Shown: piece by piece, positions 62,914-64,000 of the stretch
Layout of the letters: every line of letters starts with the position of its first letter
Position numbering within the stretch: position 1 is the first letter of the stretch
NCBI GenBank assembly: GCA_000002435.2
Contig: CM018791.1
Length of the DNA stretch: 64,000 bases
Source: Giardia intestinalis
Lineage: Eukaryota
Reading direction: 5' to 3' (one strand)
Notes under the pieces: model-generated
Databases searched by the model: none
Seen by the model: the letters and a program-made list of their open reading frames with translations, nothing else
Told to the model about the DNA's origin: nothing
Program-made: the position numbers and the translations under genes

Positions 62914-63702
62914 ATGTCCCGGCATTGGGTCCACACCCCGTCAAACACGATAGTATGGGCTGCAAACAGCATGGTTCCTGGCGAAGAGCTGCCTGGAGTT
63001 CCGAATACCTCTCTTCCTGGCCAAGGAGTTGTTCGGGTGGACGAATCTTTCGTCGCGAGTGTCGTGGGAAACATGAAGCAGGTTGGCAAGATAGTGTCTG
63101 TTCAGCCATCGTGTTTACACATCTACGAACCTGTCACAGCAGATGTCGTCCTTGGGCGCGTCGTTCGTCTTCTGCCGAATAAGTGGGTCCTGGACATAGG
63201 TGCAATACAGCATGCTACTCTCCACATTGATAACTTGAACATACCGGGGATCCAGCGGGTAAGGGACACTGCAGATGAAAGCAATATGCGCCAGTGGCTT
63301 GACGTGGATCAGCTTATTTCGTGCGAGGTAAAGCAGGGCTATGCACTTCTTACTCGGAGTGCACAGTTCGGGGTGTTGAACCATGGCGTACTAGTGAAGG
63401 TGCCTCCTTGCGCAGTGGGCCCATCGACTACCGCGTTTGCAAACCTGGACTCTCTGAATGTGCATGTTATTCTCGGCAGGAATGGATGGATTTGGATTTC
63501 TGAGATGCGGAATCCCAGTGATACTAGAGAGACAGTTCGAGACAGTGCATCTCCGACTCCTTCCAAGGAGCAACTGCAAGCGATATCCCATGTAGCGCAA
63601 CTTTTACAGACCATGTGTGCCGCTGGAGAGCGTGTTACTCCTGCGTCCATCCTTTCAGCAAGCAAAAGGCATCTCGAACCCGGATGCTCTCCTAAGACTT
63701 AG
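62914..63702 (+). CDS. RRP4: Exosome complex component RRP4 (EXOSC2) homolog
   Basis: Alignment to human EXOSC2: YEPVTADVVLGRVVRLLPNKWVLDIGA...LPGIQRVRDTADESNMRQWLDVDQLISCEVKQGYALLTRSAQFGVLNHGVLVKVPPCAV...VHVILGRNGWIWIS matches YIGEVGDIVVGRITEVQQKRWKVETNS...[65 protein letters not shown]...ASVILGNNGFIWIY, covering the S1 and KH regions. The track start 62866 is TTG. The first ATG (MSRHW) is at 62914 after AT-rich DNA. Confidence 0.8.
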   Translation: MSRHWVHTPSNTIVWAANSMVPGEELPGVPNTSLPGQGVVRVDESFVASVVGNMKQVGKIVSVQPSCLHIYEPVTADVVLGRVVRLLPNKWVLDIGAIQHATLHIDNLNIPGIQRVRDTADESNMRQWLDVDQLISCEVKQGYALLTRSAQFGVLNHGVLVKVPPCAVGPSTTAFANLDSLNVHVILGRNGWIWISEMRNPSDTRETVRDSASPTPSKEQLQAISHVAQLLQTMCAAGERVTPASILSASKRHLEPGCSPKT

Positions 63703-64000
63703 CACTGTGAATAGCCTATAGATAGCCACTATTTACTAGCGTTGACCAAGCGGTCAATAGCCTGCAGCAGACGGACTGGCTCATGATGCACAGCTCACCT
63801 GCATCATTGTGCTCGCATCCTGTAAACAAAAAATGCCCAAAGCAGAGGCCGATATGATACGAAAGATTTATAAGCAGAACCTTGCAGACTACGTGCAGTT
63901 ACATGGACAGTTGGATGCATCACCATTAGGAATAACATCCGCGCAGGCATTGCTTCCAGGAAACTCTCGTACAAGGCAGGCGCCTGACCCATCATCTTCG

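Noticed and set aside
1-64000. CRISPR arrays, operons or prokaryotic mobile elements
   Set aside because: The sequence is eukaryotic (Giardia), with no direct-repeat/spacer arrays and no prokaryotic signatures.

Overview
This window looks like a chromosome-internal segment of Giardia intestinalis (syn. lamblia/duodenalis). Three things point there: a variant-specific surface protein (VSP) gene with the family-defining C-terminus ...CRGKA and repeated CXXC/GGCY motifs; four alpha-giardin (annexin-like) paralogs, one matching alpha-1 giardin; and tiny AT-rich promoters and AGTRAAY-type poly(A) signals set in otherwise roughly 50% GC, intron-free DNA. The left edge (1-5.8 kb) is decaying DNA: a frameshifted R2/GENIE-type non-LTR retrotransposon remnant (reverse-transcriptase motifs and a REL-type endonuclease) and a multiply frameshifted high-cysteine membrane protein (HCMP) pseudogene. 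The core (7.4-50.5 kb) carries housekeeping and cytoskeletal genes: a BPI-like secreted protein, a DMT-like transporter, alpha-1 giardin, two ankyrin-repeat ('protein 21.1'-type) genes, GAS8/DRC4, ceramide glucosyltransferase, a Cid1-family nucleotidyltransferase, a thioredoxin-domain protein, a P4-ATPase flippase and NSF sharing a ~55-110 bp divergent promoter, a tandem alpha-giardin pair, a 1737-aa coiled-coil protein and an RNF32-like double-RING/IQ protein. The most striking feature is at 50.9-62.2 kb: two 3,900-bp GC-rich arms (50861-54760 and 58325-62224) form a near-perfect inverted repeat, with one SNP seen, around a 3.56-kb spacer that holds a complete VSP gene. Each arm carries an inward-pointing ORF for a putative HTH/Myb-like protein, directly preceded by an AT-rich promoter-like island. 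Exosome subunit RRP4 lies just beyond the right arm. All ORFs labelled ≥60 aa in the six-frame track that start with TTG/GTG/CTG were re-anchored to the first plausible ATG.
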